Source of the DNA: an uncultured Opitutaceae bacterium
GTDB taxonomy: Bacteria > Verrucomicrobiota > Verrucomicrobiia > Opitutales > Opitutaceae
Direction: 5' to 3'
DNA length: 64,000 nt
Assembly: GCA_963974355.1 (NCBI GenBank)
Contig: CAXBDS010000003.1
Span: forward strand, 8,299 to 72,298
This document shows positions 48,104-58,953 of the stretch, one piece after another. Positions within the stretch are counted from its first letter, which is position 1. Each line of letters starts with the position of its first letter. The notes beneath the pieces are model-generated. The model searched no databases and was not told the origin of the DNA. It worked only from the letters and a program-made list of their open reading frames with translations. Position numbers and translations under genes: made by a program.

Positions 48104-49228
48104 ATGATGTCGCCCGCGGATTCAGGGCGCTATTTCGTCGATGACGAACCGGCTTTGGCCGCGAAGTTGGATCAATTTCTGTCGACTTTGGCGACCGATC
48201 TCGGCGCTCAACCGTGGCGCGAAGATGTCGCTGCGTTGGTTTTGGCCGGCGGATACGGTCGCGGTGAGGGAGGCGTTTTCCGCGCGAGCGAAAAGGCTGA
48301 AGCAGACCTCTACAACGACCTCGAATTTTTCCTCTTTTTGAAAAGCGGTGCCTCCACCCCGCCAGCCGCGGCGTGGTGCGAGCGATGGGAACGGGATGGC
48401 ACCGTCAAGTTGGGGATCGACGTCGAGTTCAAGCGGGATGCCGCCACCGGGCTGCAGCACGGTGCCCCGACGATGTTTTTGTATGACTTATTGCAGGGGC
48501 ATCGCGTCATTTGGGGGGATCCCGGTTGTCTCGCGCGTGCTCCGGCGCGTTTGCGTGATCCTGCCGCAATCCCGGCGGAAGAAGCGACTCGACTGCTTTT
48601 CAATCGTGGCAGCGGGTTGTGGTTTGCCCAAATGAAATTGGCCGCCGATGCGATCGACGAACTCGGTTTCGTTGAGCGAAACCAGCAAAAAGCGAAGTTG
48701 GCGATGGGCGATGCGGTGTTGGCGTTGAGCGGCCGGCATCACGCTATGTGCGAGGAACGCGACCGACGCATCGCAAGCGGCGGGTTCGCCACCCCGCCGG
48801 ACTGGGCCAAGTTGGTCGCATGGCACGACGAAGGCACGGCGTTCAAACTGCGTCCCCGCCATCGGGCGACCGGACTCGAACACCTCAAAGCGAGCCAGAC
48901 CGCATTGGTCGCGGCATGGTTGAAAACGTTTTTATGGGTGGAAGGGCGACGTCTGGACCACGTCTTTACTCAACCGCTCGATTACGTGGCCTGGGACCGT
49001 CGCTTATTTCCCAACCGTGCTCGTTGGCGCAACGTCGCGGTGCATGCGCGTGATCGATTCAAACGCGGCGAAATGTTGCGCGCGGTCACTGACTATCCGC
49101 GAGCCACATTGCAACGCGCGTTGGTCGCCGCGTTGGTCGATGGCACCGCGGCGGGAGCCCGTTGCATGGGGGTAACGGCCACTGATTTCGACACCACTTA
49201 CGCCCGCTGGTGGGCACGCTACAACTAG
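48104..49228 (+). CDS. Pol-beta superfamily nucleotidyltransferase-like protein of unknown function
   Basis: LVLAGGYGRGEG followed by YNDLEF and DVEF acidic motifs, then a helical domain; 1 nt after the STAS stop. Confidence 0.6.
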   Translation: MMSPADSGRYFVDDEPALAAKLDQFLSTLATDLGAQPWREDVAALVLAGGYGRGEGGVFRASEKAEADLYNDLEFFLFLKSGASTPPAAAWCERWERDGTVKLGIDVEFKRDAATGLQHGAPTMFLYDLLQGHRVIWGDPGCLARAPARLRDPAAIPAEEATRLLFNRGSGLWFAQMKLAADAIDELGFVERNQQKAKLAMGDAVLALSGRHHAMCEERDRRIASGGFATPPDWAKLVAWHDEGTAFKLRPRHRATGLEHLKASQTALVAAWLKTFLWVEGRRLDHVFTQPLDYVAWDRRLFPNRARWRNVAVHARDRFKRGEMLRAVTDYPRATLQRALVAALVDGTAAGARCMGVTATDFDTTYARWWARYN

Positions 49229-49278
49229 CGCCGCATCACTGCCGCCCGTCGCGCCGAGGACGCGCAACGCGAGGGTCT

Positions 49279-51228
49279 CTAACCCTTGGGGTCGGTCGCT
49301 GGATTCTGTTGCAGCCAAGCATGCGCACGGAGCAAGGCGTCAACGAGATCCTTCGCGCGCAGAGGCTTGGCCAAATAGTCCTGCATGCCACTGGAACGGG
49401 CGGCAGTATGGTGCTCGATCAGCACATTCGCGGTCAGTGCGATGATGTAGGGGTGGTTCTCACAACCGGGGCGTTCGCGAATGCGGCGGGTCGCTTCGAG
49501 ACCGTCGATCCCTGGCATTTGAAGATCCATTAGCACGACATCGTATTTTTCTTGGGCAGTCGCATCGATCGCCTCCTGACCGTTGTCCACCGATGTCCCG
49601 TGATAACCCAGTCGATTCAGATAAAGGAGGATGACTTTGCGGTTCACTGCGATGTCTTCCACGACCAATACCCGCAATGGGTGGAGTCGGGCAAAATCCT
49701 TATCGACCTGTTTGGTCGGCGCGGACTTCACGACCGCCGCGGGCAGCGAGGTAAACAGGCCTCCAAGCACCTGCAACAGCTCGCTCGGTTTGACGGGCTT
49801 CGTCAGTCGGCGGTGAATCAAGTTGCCCGCCTCATCCGATTCGATCCCGCGTGAGGAGAGCAACACCATGGGCGGAAGATCCGGGCCATGGCGTTTCGCC
49901 AATTCACACGCGAGCGCCGCGCCGCTCATTTCCGGCATATTGAAATCGAGGACGACCAAATCAAATGGGGCGGCGGAAGCGTAACGCTCAAGAGCCTCGG
50001 AAGGAGAAGCCACGAGATCGACGTTCAGCCCCCAACCGGAAAGTTGTTGGTCAAGGATGCGCCGATTGATCGCGATATCATCCACCACGAGCACCCGACG
50101 CCCCTGCAACGCGCTCGGGTCAGGCGTGGTCCCGATTTCATCCAGCGGGCATTCCCGGGCGAGAATATGAAAACGGAAACAACTGCCTTCGCCCGGTCGA
50201 CTTGTCACATCAATCGTTCCACCGAGGAGGCCGACGAGACGATCGGTGATCGCGAGTCCCAATCCGGAACCGCCGAACTTCCGGGTGGTGGAGCTATCGA
50301 CCTGACTGAAGGCTTTAAAGAGGCGATCAATCCGCTCCCGAGGAATGCCTACGCCCGTATCTTCGACGCGGAATTCGATTTTCCAGAGGTCGTTGATTTG
50401 CTCGGCCGCGACAAAAATCCCGACCCCGCCTTCGCCGGTAAATTTCAACGCATTCCCGACCAGATTGATCATGATCTGACGTAGCCGCGTCGGGTCGGTG
50501 AACACATGTTGAGGCACCGACGGCGCGAATGAGGTGCCCAGATCCAGACCCGCTTTTGTCGCACTCTCGGAAAACAGATCCAAGACTTGCTCCACGGAAG
50601 AAACGAGGTCGCACGGAATCGTTTCCACCTCAAGATGTCCGGCCTCGATCTTCGAAAAATCGAGGATGTCGTTGATCGTATCGAGCAGGGTGTCGCCGCC
50701 TTGCCGGATGAGTTCGACGTATTCGTGGTGAGCTTTGTCGAGTGGCGCATCGAGCAGCATGCTGGTCATCCCGATGATGGCATTGAGCGGCGTGCGAATC
50801 TCGTGACTCATATTGGCGACGAACTCGCTCTTCGCCCGATTGGCATTGTCGGCGGCGTCCTTCGCGGTGCGCAGCGCCGTCTCCGTTTCCTGCCGTTCCG
50901 CCACCAGACGTTCGATCTCTTCGGTAAGGTGAAGCATATCCTGATCGCTCGTGGAAATCGTCGCTTCGGGATGCAGTCGATTCACGGTTTGGCGGAGCCG
51001 CACGAGGATCTGTTCGTTACTTTGGTTTTGCTCAAGCAGCGAAGCGTTTGCCGCGCTCAGTTCCCGGGAACTCATCTCCATCACGTGATCGCTCAATCGC
51101 CGGTCTTGGTCGAACTGCGTGTAGGAGGCCGACACACGTTCAAGCAATTCCGCCACCCCCGCAGGCAGGTTCTCGGGTGATCCCAATGAGCGCTTGACCT
51201 GTCGCAGCAACAGGGGATGCAAGCTCAT
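49279..51228 (-). CDS. Cytoplasmic hybrid histidine kinase with two REC domains, FIST-associated
   Basis: [11 protein letters not shown]-terminus, [25 protein letters not shown], RECs VLDFNMP and LMDLQMP; ATGA overlap with the FIST gene. Confidence 0.93.
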   Translation of the reverse strand: MSLHPLLLRQVKRSLGSPENLPAGVAELLERVSASYTQFDQDRRLSDHVMEMSSRELSAANASLLEQNQSNEQILVRLRQTVNRLHPEATISTSDQDMLHLTEEIERLVAERQETETALRTAKDAADNANRAKSEFVANMSHEIRTPLNAIIGMTSMLLDAPLDKAHHEYVELIRQGGDTLLDTINDILDFSKIEAGHLEVETIPCDLVSSVEQVLDLFSESATKAGLDLGTSFAPSVPQHVFTDPTRLRQIMINLVGNALKFTGEGGVGIFVAAEQINDLWKIEFRVEDTGVGIPRERIDRLFKAFSQVDSSTTRKFGGSGLGLAITDRLVGLLGGTIDVTSRPGEGSCFRFHILARECPLDEIGTTPDPSALQGRRVLVVDDIAINRRILDQQLSGWGLNVDLVASPSEALERYASAAPFDLVVLDFNMPEMSGAALACELAKRHGPDLPPMVLLSSRGIESDEAGNLIHRRLTKPVKPSELLQVLGGLFTSLPAAVVKSAPTKQVDKDFARLHPLRVLVVEDIAVNRKVILLYLNRLGYHGTSVDNGQEAIDATAQEKYDVVLMDLQMPGIDGLEATRRIRERPGCENHPYIIALTANVLIEHHTAARSSGMQDYLAKPLRAKDLVDALLRAHAWLQQNPATDPKG

Positions 51229-52355
51229 GCGAGTTCCTCGGCGAGGCTGGTTATCGTCATCGTCTGGTTGTGCAACTGACACGCATGCTCATGACCGGAA
51301 GGGGCGAGTTCGCCATAAGAATAAAAGCCCGTGAGCACGGGCGTCTGCCCAAAGATAGAACGCACGCCCTCGAGTTCCTCCTCGGTCCGTTCCCCCAGAA
51401 CTACCCGACGTCCCACGCAACTCACGCAGATGACCAATTCGGACGCTTGCACCGCCTGCCGCGCCGCCTCTTCGGCTCCATTCACGAGCTCTTCATAAGA
51501 CGCTCGCATAAAACGAACCGAAGCCCCCTTCGGAATGTCCCCTGCAAAGGTCATCGTGCCAGCGTCATCATCAATCGACAAGATGGTGCGCACGACGGCC
51601 TTGGTTTGATGGGGTGGCACGACAGAAAGCGGAAAACGTAACGCCGCTGCGGGTAGCGCATCGGCTTCTGGACCGAGATACGCGCGATAGAGTTCAAGCG
51701 CTGGTTGGCCATCGAGTTCGCTCAACACGTTGTTCGCCGACGCCGTGACGGTGCGGGAGGGTCCGAACGTGGACCAACCGCCTGCGCTGCCAAATCCGAG
51801 GCGAAGCGACTCGCCATAAAGTCCCACCGCGACGACCACACCGGTAGTCGGCGGGCTGTCGAGACCGACCAAGGTGCTCGCAAAATCAGTGCCGTCGCCA
51901 GCCAAGCCTCCACTGAGCGTGACCCCCTCGGGCAGACATTGGTTGAAGGCCGCGATCAGCGTGCTACCGTTCACGAGACTACCGTCCGAAAAAACCAAAA
52001 CGTGCCGGAGGTCCGGGGCATTCAATTGCGAACCAAGCAACTGGCAAAGCGTATCCAAATTGGCTCCCGTTTCTAGCCGAGCGGACGCGCAACGCAGTGT
52101 CGCCCGCTCCAAACAAAGGGCCGTGCACACCAGTTGCTCATCTTCGATTCGAATGTCAGCCAAGTTTCCAGCCGTGGACACCATCACCACCCGCGCGTTC
52201 GGAAAACGCTTTCGAACTTCATCAAACAGGGCTGGCTTGGCCAGTGTCGCCCGCAGGCCAAAAACGAGGACGAGGCCGGCGTCCTCCGGGGACAGGTCGC
52301 CGGTAAGGTCAGTCCAGCTGGCTTCGGTCGACAGGAGGGTTTGAAGCAATTTCAT
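51225..52355 (-). CDS. FIST_N/FIST_C domain protein (NosP-like sensor)
   Basis: STAG, FSDG...[38 protein letters not shown] and LHNQTM motifs. Confidence 0.9.
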   Translation of the reverse strand: MKLLQTLLSTEASWTDLTGDLSPEDAGLVLVFGLRATLAKPALFDEVRKRFPNARVVMVSTAGNLADIRIEDEQLVCTALCLERATLRCASARLETGANLDTLCQLLGSQLNAPDLRHVLVFSDGSLVNGSTLIAAFNQCLPEGVTLSGGLAGDGTDFASTLVGLDSPPTTGVVVAVGLYGESLRLGFGSAGGWSTFGPSRTVTASANNVLSELDGQPALELYRAYLGPEADALPAAALRFPLSVVPPHQTKAVVRTILSIDDDAGTMTFAGDIPKGASVRFMRASYEELVNGAEEAARQAVQASELVICVSCVGRRVVLGERTEEELEGVRSIFGQTPVLTGFYSYGELAPSGHEHACQLHNQTMTITSLAEELA

Positions 52356-52423
52356 GAGACGAGCGGATTGAGGTTTCGGGCCGATGAGTGAATGCGAAAA
52401 AAGGGTAGGGGGGAGACCGCAGG

Positions 52424-53482
52424 CTAGGGGCCCGAGACGGGCGTGACGAGGTTTGCCTTGCCATCAGGAACCGCAAAATTCCCGCCCTCATTGGCCGCGA
52501 GCGTGCGCACGAACGTCTGTAGCACGGTGCGGGCGTATTTCTGAAGATTCCCCCACGGCACGTCGGGAACCCAGACGATGTCGCGCGGTTCGAGATCGAC
52601 ATCGGGCACTTGGCCCCGACGGATCGCGTCGTAGTCGACGAGGTAAACGGCCGGCTCTTGCAGCGAACCGCGTAAAATCAACACCTGGCCCGTGCGAGCA
52701 CCGGGCCGCACGTCCCGCGCCGCAGCGATGGCCGAGACCAATGTCACTCGATCTCGGAAGCCGACCGCTTTCGGTTGGTTGACCGCGCCAAGGACATAAA
52801 TCTCCTGTGCCAGCGCGGACGGCAGATAAATGTAATCTCCCGGCTCTAGGGCCACGTTTTGGCTGAGGTCGCCTTGGTTAAAAAGACGCACGAAATCCAC
52901 CGGCACCATCTCGCCCTCCCGCACAAGAAAGCTGTGACGCAGGTCCGCCAGTTCTTCGGTGGTGCCGGAAAACCGCGACGTGAACAATCCGCCCGCCCGC
53001 CCCACGCCTTCCAGCAAAGTCAGCGGCTGGTCCAGAGGATAGAGCCCCGGCGTGTTCACCCGACCGAGAATCCAAACCCGCCGACTGCGAACGCGCCGTA
53101 ACGTGAGCCCGACCTGCGGATCCCGGTAGTAAGTCGTCAATCCCTTGACCAGCTGTTGACGGAATTCGTCAAGGGTGAGGCCCTCTGCCCGTTGAGCGGG
53201 CAAGAGATCGTAGTAGACCTTACCGTCGGGCATGACGAGGCATAGTCGACGGGTGTTGGGCAGGCCTAGGATATCCACCTCGACCGCGTCACCCGGCCCG
53301 AGGATAAACGGTTTGGGCACCAACGCTTCAGCCGGAAGCGCAGCCGCATCAAGCACGGTCGTCGGCTGCGTGAGCGGTTGGGAATCTGGCACCGAACGCG
53401 CGGGCGGGCGTCGACTTTGACAGCCCGTTAAAAGCAGCATGCCACCGAGCACGACCATCAAGCGTAAGCGCGCGGTCGTCAT
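52424..53482 (-). CDS. Polysaccharide export (OPX/Wza-like, SLBB) lipoprotein
   Basis: Lipobox LLLTGC, LGPGD, PDGKVYY, VWILGRVNTPG and YVLGAVNQP motifs. Confidence 0.88.
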   Translation of the reverse strand: MTTARLRLMVVLGGMLLLTGCQSRRPPARSVPDSQPLTQPTTVLDAAALPAEALVPKPFILGPGDAVEVDILGLPNTRRLCLVMPDGKVYYDLLPAQRAEGLTLDEFRQQLVKGLTTYYRDPQVGLTLRRVRSRRVWILGRVNTPGLYPLDQPLTLLEGVGRAGGLFTSRFSGTTEELADLRHSFLVREGEMVPVDFVRLFNQGDLSQNVALEPGDYIYLPSALAQEIYVLGAVNQPKAVGFRDRVTLVSAIAAARDVRPGARTGQVLILRGSLQEPAVYLVDYDAIRRGQVPDVDLEPRDIVWVPDVPWGNLQKYARTVLQTFVRTLAANEGGNFAVPDGKANLVTPVSGP

Positions 53483-54519
53483 CGCACTTGTGGCAACGAT
53501 CCACTCGGCAACCACGGTCCGAGATTTTGATCCGTCCAGGTCGATGTCATGCTGCTGAGAAACGTGGTGATCGCCATGTCGACGAGTTCCTCTCCGAGCC
53601 GCCACGGCCGCTTGGAAACGTAAACGATGTCCTTGGGTTGAAGCGGCACGTCGCGCGTCTTCCCCTGCAGCACCGATTCAACATCCACCACGATCGTTTC
53701 CGGATGCTCCAGGGACCCACGAATGATGAGCACGCGGCTCCGGTAGGCCTGCCGACTAAAACTGCCGCGAACCGTGATCGCTCCGATGGCGGTAAGCTGC
53801 GGCGTGAATCCCAGCACCCCCGGCTGGCCGACCTCGCCGAGCACGTAAACGTCGTTGCTCACCGCGGAGGCGAAATAAATGAAATCGCCGGGCTCGATCT
53901 GCACATTTTGCGACAAATCGCCTTCAAAAAAGAGCTTCTCCAAGTCGATGGGCAGGCGTTTCTCATGACGCACGACAAAGGAGCGGGGGAGGTCGGCCAA
54001 CTCCACGGTGTTACCCTCAAACAAGCCGGTCTCCACCCCGCGGGCGCGCGCCACGGCTTCAATTAGGGTGATCGGATATTCGAGCGAAAACACCCCCTTG
54101 TCGACCACCTTGCCGAGCAGCACATAGCGTTTGCTGCGCAGTTCGACCGGGGTGATGATCACCCGCGGGTGGTTGTAGAAATCCTTCAAAAGCACCTCGA
54201 TAGCGGCGCGCAACTCGTCAATCGTTCGGCCGCTCGCCATCACCTCCGAGGCCTGCAGGTAACCGATGCGCCCGTCAGGCCGGACGAACACCTGCGCCCG
54301 TTCCAACTCCGGTTGTCCGTAGAGTGAAAAATCCAGAATGTCGCCAGGGCCCAACGTGTAGTTGTCCCGCCATGACGGCGGCGCAGAAGGGACGTTCGCC
54401 GCAACGCCCTTCGCCCCCGCCGGCGCAGCGCCCTGACCCGTCGCAACTGGTGCATCGACGCCAACCAGCGGCGTGAGGCTCGCGAAAAGCCAGACCGAGA
54501 ACAGCGTAATCGCGCGCAT
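53479..54519 (-). CDS. Second polysaccharide export (OPX/Wza-like, SLBB) protein
   Basis: Non-lipoprotein signal peptide; YTLGPGD, VRPDGRIGY, YVLLGKVVDKG and VYVLGEVGQPG motifs. Confidence 0.88.
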   Translation of the reverse strand: MRAITLFSVWLFASLTPLVGVDAPVATGQGAAPAGAKGVAANVPSAPPSWRDNYTLGPGDILDFSLYGQPELERAQVFVRPDGRIGYLQASEVMASGRTIDELRAAIEVLLKDFYNHPRVIITPVELRSKRYVLLGKVVDKGVFSLEYPITLIEAVARARGVETGLFEGNTVELADLPRSFVVRHEKRLPIDLEKLFFEGDLSQNVQIEPGDFIYFASAVSNDVYVLGEVGQPGVLGFTPQLTAIGAITVRGSFSRQAYRSRVLIIRGSLEHPETIVVDVESVLQGKTRDVPLQPKDIVYVSKRPWRLGEELVDMAITTFLSSMTSTWTDQNLGPWLPSGSLPQVR

Positions 54520-56405
54520 CAACTGGATCGACGACGTTTCCACCACGGCAGCGCATCGGTGACGATAAGGCCGTGCAACCGGATCCCGGCGTCGCGCAAA
54601 AGGCGGGCCTGGCGTTGCCACGTTGAAATTGAGGCATGATCCGCCGAGATCACCAGCACGGCGCCCCCCCATTCCCGCGCGAGAGTGAGGGCCGGCTCCA
54701 CCGTGTCGCCCGATAGCCGAGCCCAGAAATCGGAAGGCGCGGAGTTGTGGGCTGCGGCTTGCGCCGAAGCGAGGGTCAACGCAGCAGGATCGAGCCGAAT
54801 CGCCCCCGGCAACGACGGGTGTGCGCTCGTGCCGGCGTCGACCGTGATCAACTCCGGTTGCAGGCGAAAGGCTTCCGCCAAGAGGGCGCCCCAAAGCCGA
54901 CCTTCCGAGGGAGTTGCAGCCGGAGCCCAAAGCACCGCCGGGCGATTCTCCGCCGCGGCCGGTGTGGCCCATGTCACCCAAAGCGAACGCACGGTGGAGG
55001 CGGGATTCGCTCCCGGCTCGAGCGTGGCCAGCAAGGGTGCCTTGAAAATCCGCCGGGCTTCAAAAGCGGAGCGTAACCGTTGATCGAATACCTCGCGCAC
55101 AATCACCAGGAACACTCCGAAACCACCGCCCAGCACCAATCCGGCGGCGGCGTAAACAAACAATTTCAAAGTGCGCGAGGTGGACGCAACCGACTGAGGT
55201 GTCGCCGTGCTGAAAATCTGGTAATACCCGGGAGCACGTTCGCTATAGAGCGTTGCCTCTCGCAACCGACTGGCCAGCAACTGCCGCGCCGTTTCCAAGC
55301 CCCTTTGCACGAGTTTTTGGCGAGCCAAGGCCGCCACTTTTTCCGGCAGCTCTTCCACCCGGGCCCGGGCGGAGTCGCGCAGCTCTGTCAATCCAGCCAG
55401 TTGTTTTTCGGCCCCGTCACGCCGCGCCCGCAGATCGATTAGCTCGAGATAGAGCGTTCCTCCGATGGCGGTCGACGCATAGTCAGCCAACGACAGTTCG
55501 CGACCCTTGTCAGCCGCCGCCGATTCCAACGCCGCGACCTTGGCCTGCAGGTTTTGCACGATCGGGTTCTTCTCGGTGAAGCGTCCCAATGCGTCCTGCA
55601 GTTCGGCACGTGCCGTGATGAGGCGATCGTCGTTCGCCGAGTAGCGCGCAAGTTCCGATTCGAGTGCCTTCAGCTTAAACTCGACCGTCTGGAGATCGAT
55701 GCGCGCGGTCTCGTAGCGGAGGTCGAGATCGGCCAACTGACGCAAAAACACGTCGGTCTGTTTTTCGGCGTCGACCAGATTTTCGCGTCGCGAAAACGCG
55801 AGCATCTCTTGGTTGATGCGATTCAGATCCGCATCGGTGGTCTCGATCTGCTGCTGAAGGTAAGTGCGAACCTCGCGGCTTTCCCGCGTCTGCAACTCGC
55901 GCGAAAATTCTACGATCTCCGCCGCCCATAGATTCACCAGATCGGCCGCTGCTTGGGCTGATTCCGTTCGCCGAGCCGTGAGTTGCAGAAAGTCGGTGTT
56001 CCGGATTTCGACGGCGTCGGTGTTGAGCCGCAGCATACCCACGGATATCGGTGGATCGGCCTGCGCGGAGACTCGCGTAAGCACATTGTCGGACAGGGCC
56101 GAGGTGATCAGCGTCGCGGTGCTAAGTGATCGTGGCTTGTAGGGATCACCGATCTCACCGGCTCTAAATGTGGTTGAGGGTTCGCGCTTGATAAGCCGTG
56201 CCATCGCCTCGTAGCGGTCACTCGCCCGGAAGTGCCCCGCAGCGAGGAACAGCATGAGCCCCAACACCGCGCTGAGGATAACCCAGCGATACCGTTCGAG
56301 TAATGATCCCGCGAGCCGGAATGGATCGAAGACGATGTCGAGTCCTATTCCCCCTGGGGCCGGCGCCGGCGCTGGGTGAGGGGAGGACGTTGTATCAGCG
56401 TTCAT
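54519..56405 (-). CDS. Polysaccharide co-polymerase (Wzc/GumC-like) with degenerate kinase domain
   Basis: TM, long coiled coil containing FTEKNPIV, second TM, then REVFDQRLRS and a C-terminal domain without a GK(S/T) Walker A. Confidence 0.8.
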   Translation of the reverse strand: MNADTTSSPHPAPAPAPGGIGLDIVFDPFRLAGSLLERYRWVILSAVLGLMLFLAAGHFRASDRYEAMARLIKREPSTTFRAGEIGDPYKPRSLSTATLITSALSDNVLTRVSAQADPPISVGMLRLNTDAVEIRNTDFLQLTARRTESAQAAADLVNLWAAEIVEFSRELQTRESREVRTYLQQQIETTDADLNRINQEMLAFSRRENLVDAEKQTDVFLRQLADLDLRYETARIDLQTVEFKLKALESELARYSANDDRLITARAELQDALGRFTEKNPIVQNLQAKVAALESAAADKGRELSLADYASTAIGGTLYLELIDLRARRDGAEKQLAGLTELRDSARARVEELPEKVAALARQKLVQRGLETARQLLASRLREATLYSERAPGYYQIFSTATPQSVASTSRTLKLFVYAAAGLVLGGGFGVFLVIVREVFDQRLRSAFEARRIFKAPLLATLEPGANPASTVRSLWVTWATPAAAENRPAVLWAPAATPSEGRLWGALLAEAFRLQPELITVDAGTSAHPSLPGAIRLDPAALTLASAQAAAHNSAPSDFWARLSGDTVEPALTLAREWGGAVLVISADHASISTWQRQARLLRDAGIRLHGLIVTDALPWWKRRRSS

Positions 56406-57535
56406 GAGTGGGCGGCGGCGCGATAGATTTCGGCGGTGGCCTGAGCGCAATGAGTCCAAGCGAATTGTTGGGCCCGCGCGAGCCCGCGTTGTCGCCAATC
56501 ATCGGGCGATGACAGCACGTCAAGGAGGCCGGCAACCATGGCGTCGGGGTTTTCCGGATCGACGATCCGGGCCGCGTCAGCCACGACCTCGCCGAGTGAA
56601 CCGCGATCCGAGCACACCACGGGGCAACCACAGGCCATTGCCTCTATCGGCGGCAGTCCGAATCCCTCAAAGAGCGACGGATATGCCAAAAGATCGGCCC
56701 CGGCATACCACAGGGGCAAATCTTCGGCGGTGACAAAACCCGTCGTGCGAATCCGGTCCCGCAGCGGCGATGCCGCCACGCGGGCATGAATCACCTCTGC
56801 TCCATGCCAATCCGCACCGGCCAGCACGAGGTCGTGGGGCAGGCCCGGCTGGATAATCGCCAGACGTTCAAACGCCTCGATCAAGCGCACGTGGTTTTTC
56901 GCCGGGTGCTCCAAGCGAGCGAGATAAACCATGTAAGGGCGCGGCAGATTCTGACGGAGCCGAAACTCCGCCAACGCGCCATCGTCAGCGGGGCGAAAGC
57001 GGCGATGATCAATACCGTTCCAGACCACATCGATCTTGTCCACGGGCCAATGAAAGAACCGTTCCACATCCGACGCGGTCGCCTGGCTCACGGTAACCAG
57101 ACGGCGCGCCTTCCGAGCCAATCGCGGAACCACGTGGCGCCCGTAAGCCATCCGGGCGGCATCGTATTTTCCCCGCACGTGAAACGCCGCGCAGTCGTGA
57201 ACCGTAACCACCTGCGCGCACGGAGGTCGAAACAAGATGCGGCGGTAGCTGGGGATGTGCACCACATCGGCGTTGATCGCGCGTAAGCGTCCCGGGAAAA
57301 GGACCTGATGCCACCAAATGTCCCTGACCGCGGGTCGCCACTTTTCTGATACCTCCTCCCAGGAAACACGATCAAGCCACGGCTCGAAGTGAATGCGGTC
57401 ATTCCGCAGGCCAAAAAGTGTCAGTCGAATATCCGGGCACGTGCTGACAAGCCCCTCTATCAGGCCAAACAAATATGCGGCTACGCCCGACTTCCCCCGC
57501 TGGTTGACACTGGTGCTGATCGCGACGTGAGGCAT
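56402..57535 (-). CDS. GT4 glycosyltransferase
   Basis: VVTVHD, VWNGID, KNHVRL and YPSLFEGFGLPPIEAMACG motifs. Confidence 0.94.
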   Translation of the reverse strand: MPHVAISTSVNQRGKSGVAAYLFGLIEGLVSTCPDIRLTLFGLRNDRIHFEPWLDRVSWEEVSEKWRPAVRDIWWHQVLFPGRLRAINADVVHIPSYRRILFRPPCAQVVTVHDCAAFHVRGKYDAARMAYGRHVVPRLARKARRLVTVSQATASDVERFFHWPVDKIDVVWNGIDHRRFRPADDGALAEFRLRQNLPRPYMVYLARLEHPAKNHVRLIEAFERLAIIQPGLPHDLVLAGADWHGAEVIHARVAASPLRDRIRTTGFVTAEDLPLWYAGADLLAYPSLFEGFGLPPIEAMACGCPVVCSDRGSLGEVVADAARIVDPENPDAMVAGLLDVLSSPDDWRQRGLARAQQFAWTHCAQATAEIYRAAAHS

Positions 57536-57540
57536 GGATT

Positions 57541-58953
57541 TCAGGACGTTTCAAACAAGCGGTCGAGATGGGTCTGGCGCAGCAATAAATCAGGTTGGCC
57601 GGTGACACCGCGGAGGGAAAGTTCACCGCCGCGTTTACGCGTGAGTCGGCGGATTTTCAGCAGCCAGCCGATGCCGGAACTGTCGATCAGACGGACGTGG
57701 CTGAGGTTGAGGCTGAGATGATTTGAGGTCGGGTGTCGGCGCCACGCCTCGTTGAGCCAACGGCTGGCGGCCGCGAGACGAGGTGCCGTAAGATCGCCCT
57801 GGCACGAAAGCACCAACTCCCCCGGACCGGACGGTTCCAAGTGCGGGGTCATCCCCGGTGTTTGTTGACGGCACTGTTCGACTGCCGAGTCCACCGTGGT
57901 GGCGCAGACGAAGAGTCGGTCGAGATGGACCGCCGCAAGGAGATTCAACACGTAGGGCGACGGGGCCAATAGCACCAAACCTGCGCCTTGGTTTTTCACC
58001 TCACGATAGAGGGAAACCAAACGTCCGAGTCCAAAACTATCCATGAACACCACCGCCCGTAGATCGAGTAAGAGACCGCTGGGCGTCTCCGCGATCTCAC
58101 AAGCCGGTAGTGACTCCACTGTGCCACTTTCAATTCGCCCGGCCCAAACCACGAGTCTCAAGTCGGCGGGTATCGTCGGAGTTCCAGCGGAAACGACGTC
58201 GCGCGAATCGAGCCCGCGTGACTGATCCTTGAAACGCCTAATGAAAAAAACGAGTTGGGCCGAGTATTTCAGGGTTCGCGCCCAAGGATGATGGAGCCAC
58301 CAATGAACCCAGGCGAGCCCGCGACGCCCCCAAGCTGTAGGCACGCGGCTGACCCGACCGGCCGTCACGGCCAGACCGTCGCCGATACCGATCAACAGGG
58401 GCGTATCCAACCACGGCAATTGACGATAGACCCACTCGGTTTCGATGGCCGGGGGTAATCCCACGAGCAGCACTTGAAGATTCGCGTTTCGGATTTGCTC
58501 TCGCTGCCAGTCCTCGTCGGCGACCGGGCCGTGTAAGAGGGTCGGGGGAGAGAGCGTCGGATGCGCTACCGACAACCGCGCCGCTGCGGCCGTGAGGTCT
58601 TCTTTTTGGGGGCCGAGCAGACCGAGTCGCCATCCCTTTTCCGCCACGAGTTTCGCCACGATATCCGCGATTTCGCCCCCCGTAAACGGAGCCGGAATCG
58701 CCACCCCCAGCCGACCAGCGGCCCATGCCAGCGCGGAACTCGCGCACAGCACTGCGGTGCATTCGGCCAAGATCGTCTGGCGCAACACGTCGCGGTCGCA
58801 AGTCACGGCCTCGGACATCGTGCCAAGCGCGATTTGGTTCGGGCGCCGGGACGCGACACAATCAGCCAACAAATCGGGCAAGGCGGCACGCTCAATCGCG
58901 AGCAAGGGCAGGCCGAGGACGACGGATTGCTGACCTAGGGCAGCTACGGTCAT
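57541..58953 (-). CDS. Degenerate WecG/TagA (GT26) domain fused to two STAS domains
   Basis: Colinear with the upstream paralog but with eroded catalytic motifs; STAS motifs FMDSFGLG and LIDSSGIG. Confidence 0.75.
   Translation of the reverse strand: MTVAALGQQSVVLGLPLLAIERAALPDLLADCVASRRPNQIALGTMSEAVTCDRDVLRQTILAECTAVLCASSALAWAAGRLGVAIPAPFTGGEIADIVAKLVAEKGWRLGLLGPQKEDLTAAAARLSVAHPTLSPPTLLHGPVADEDWQREQIRNANLQVLLVGLPPAIETEWVYRQLPWLDTPLLIGIGDGLAVTAGRVSRVPTAWGRRGLAWVHWWLHHPWARTLKYSAQLVFFIRRFKDQSRGLDSRDVVSAGTPTIPADLRLVVWAGRIESGTVESLPACEIAETPSGLLLDLRAVVFMDSFGLGRLVSLYREVKNQGAGLVLLAPSPYVLNLLAAVHLDRLFVCATTVDSAVEQCRQQTPGMTPHLEPSGPGELVLSCQGDLTAPRLAAASRWLNEAWRRHPTSNHLSLNLSHVRLIDSSGIGWLLKIRRLTRKRGGELSLRGVTGQPDLLLRQTHLDRLFETS

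Noticed and set aside
57175-57186. CACGTGAAAC resembling half of a parS site
   Set aside because: It lies inside a GT4 coding region and the other half of the palindrome does not match.
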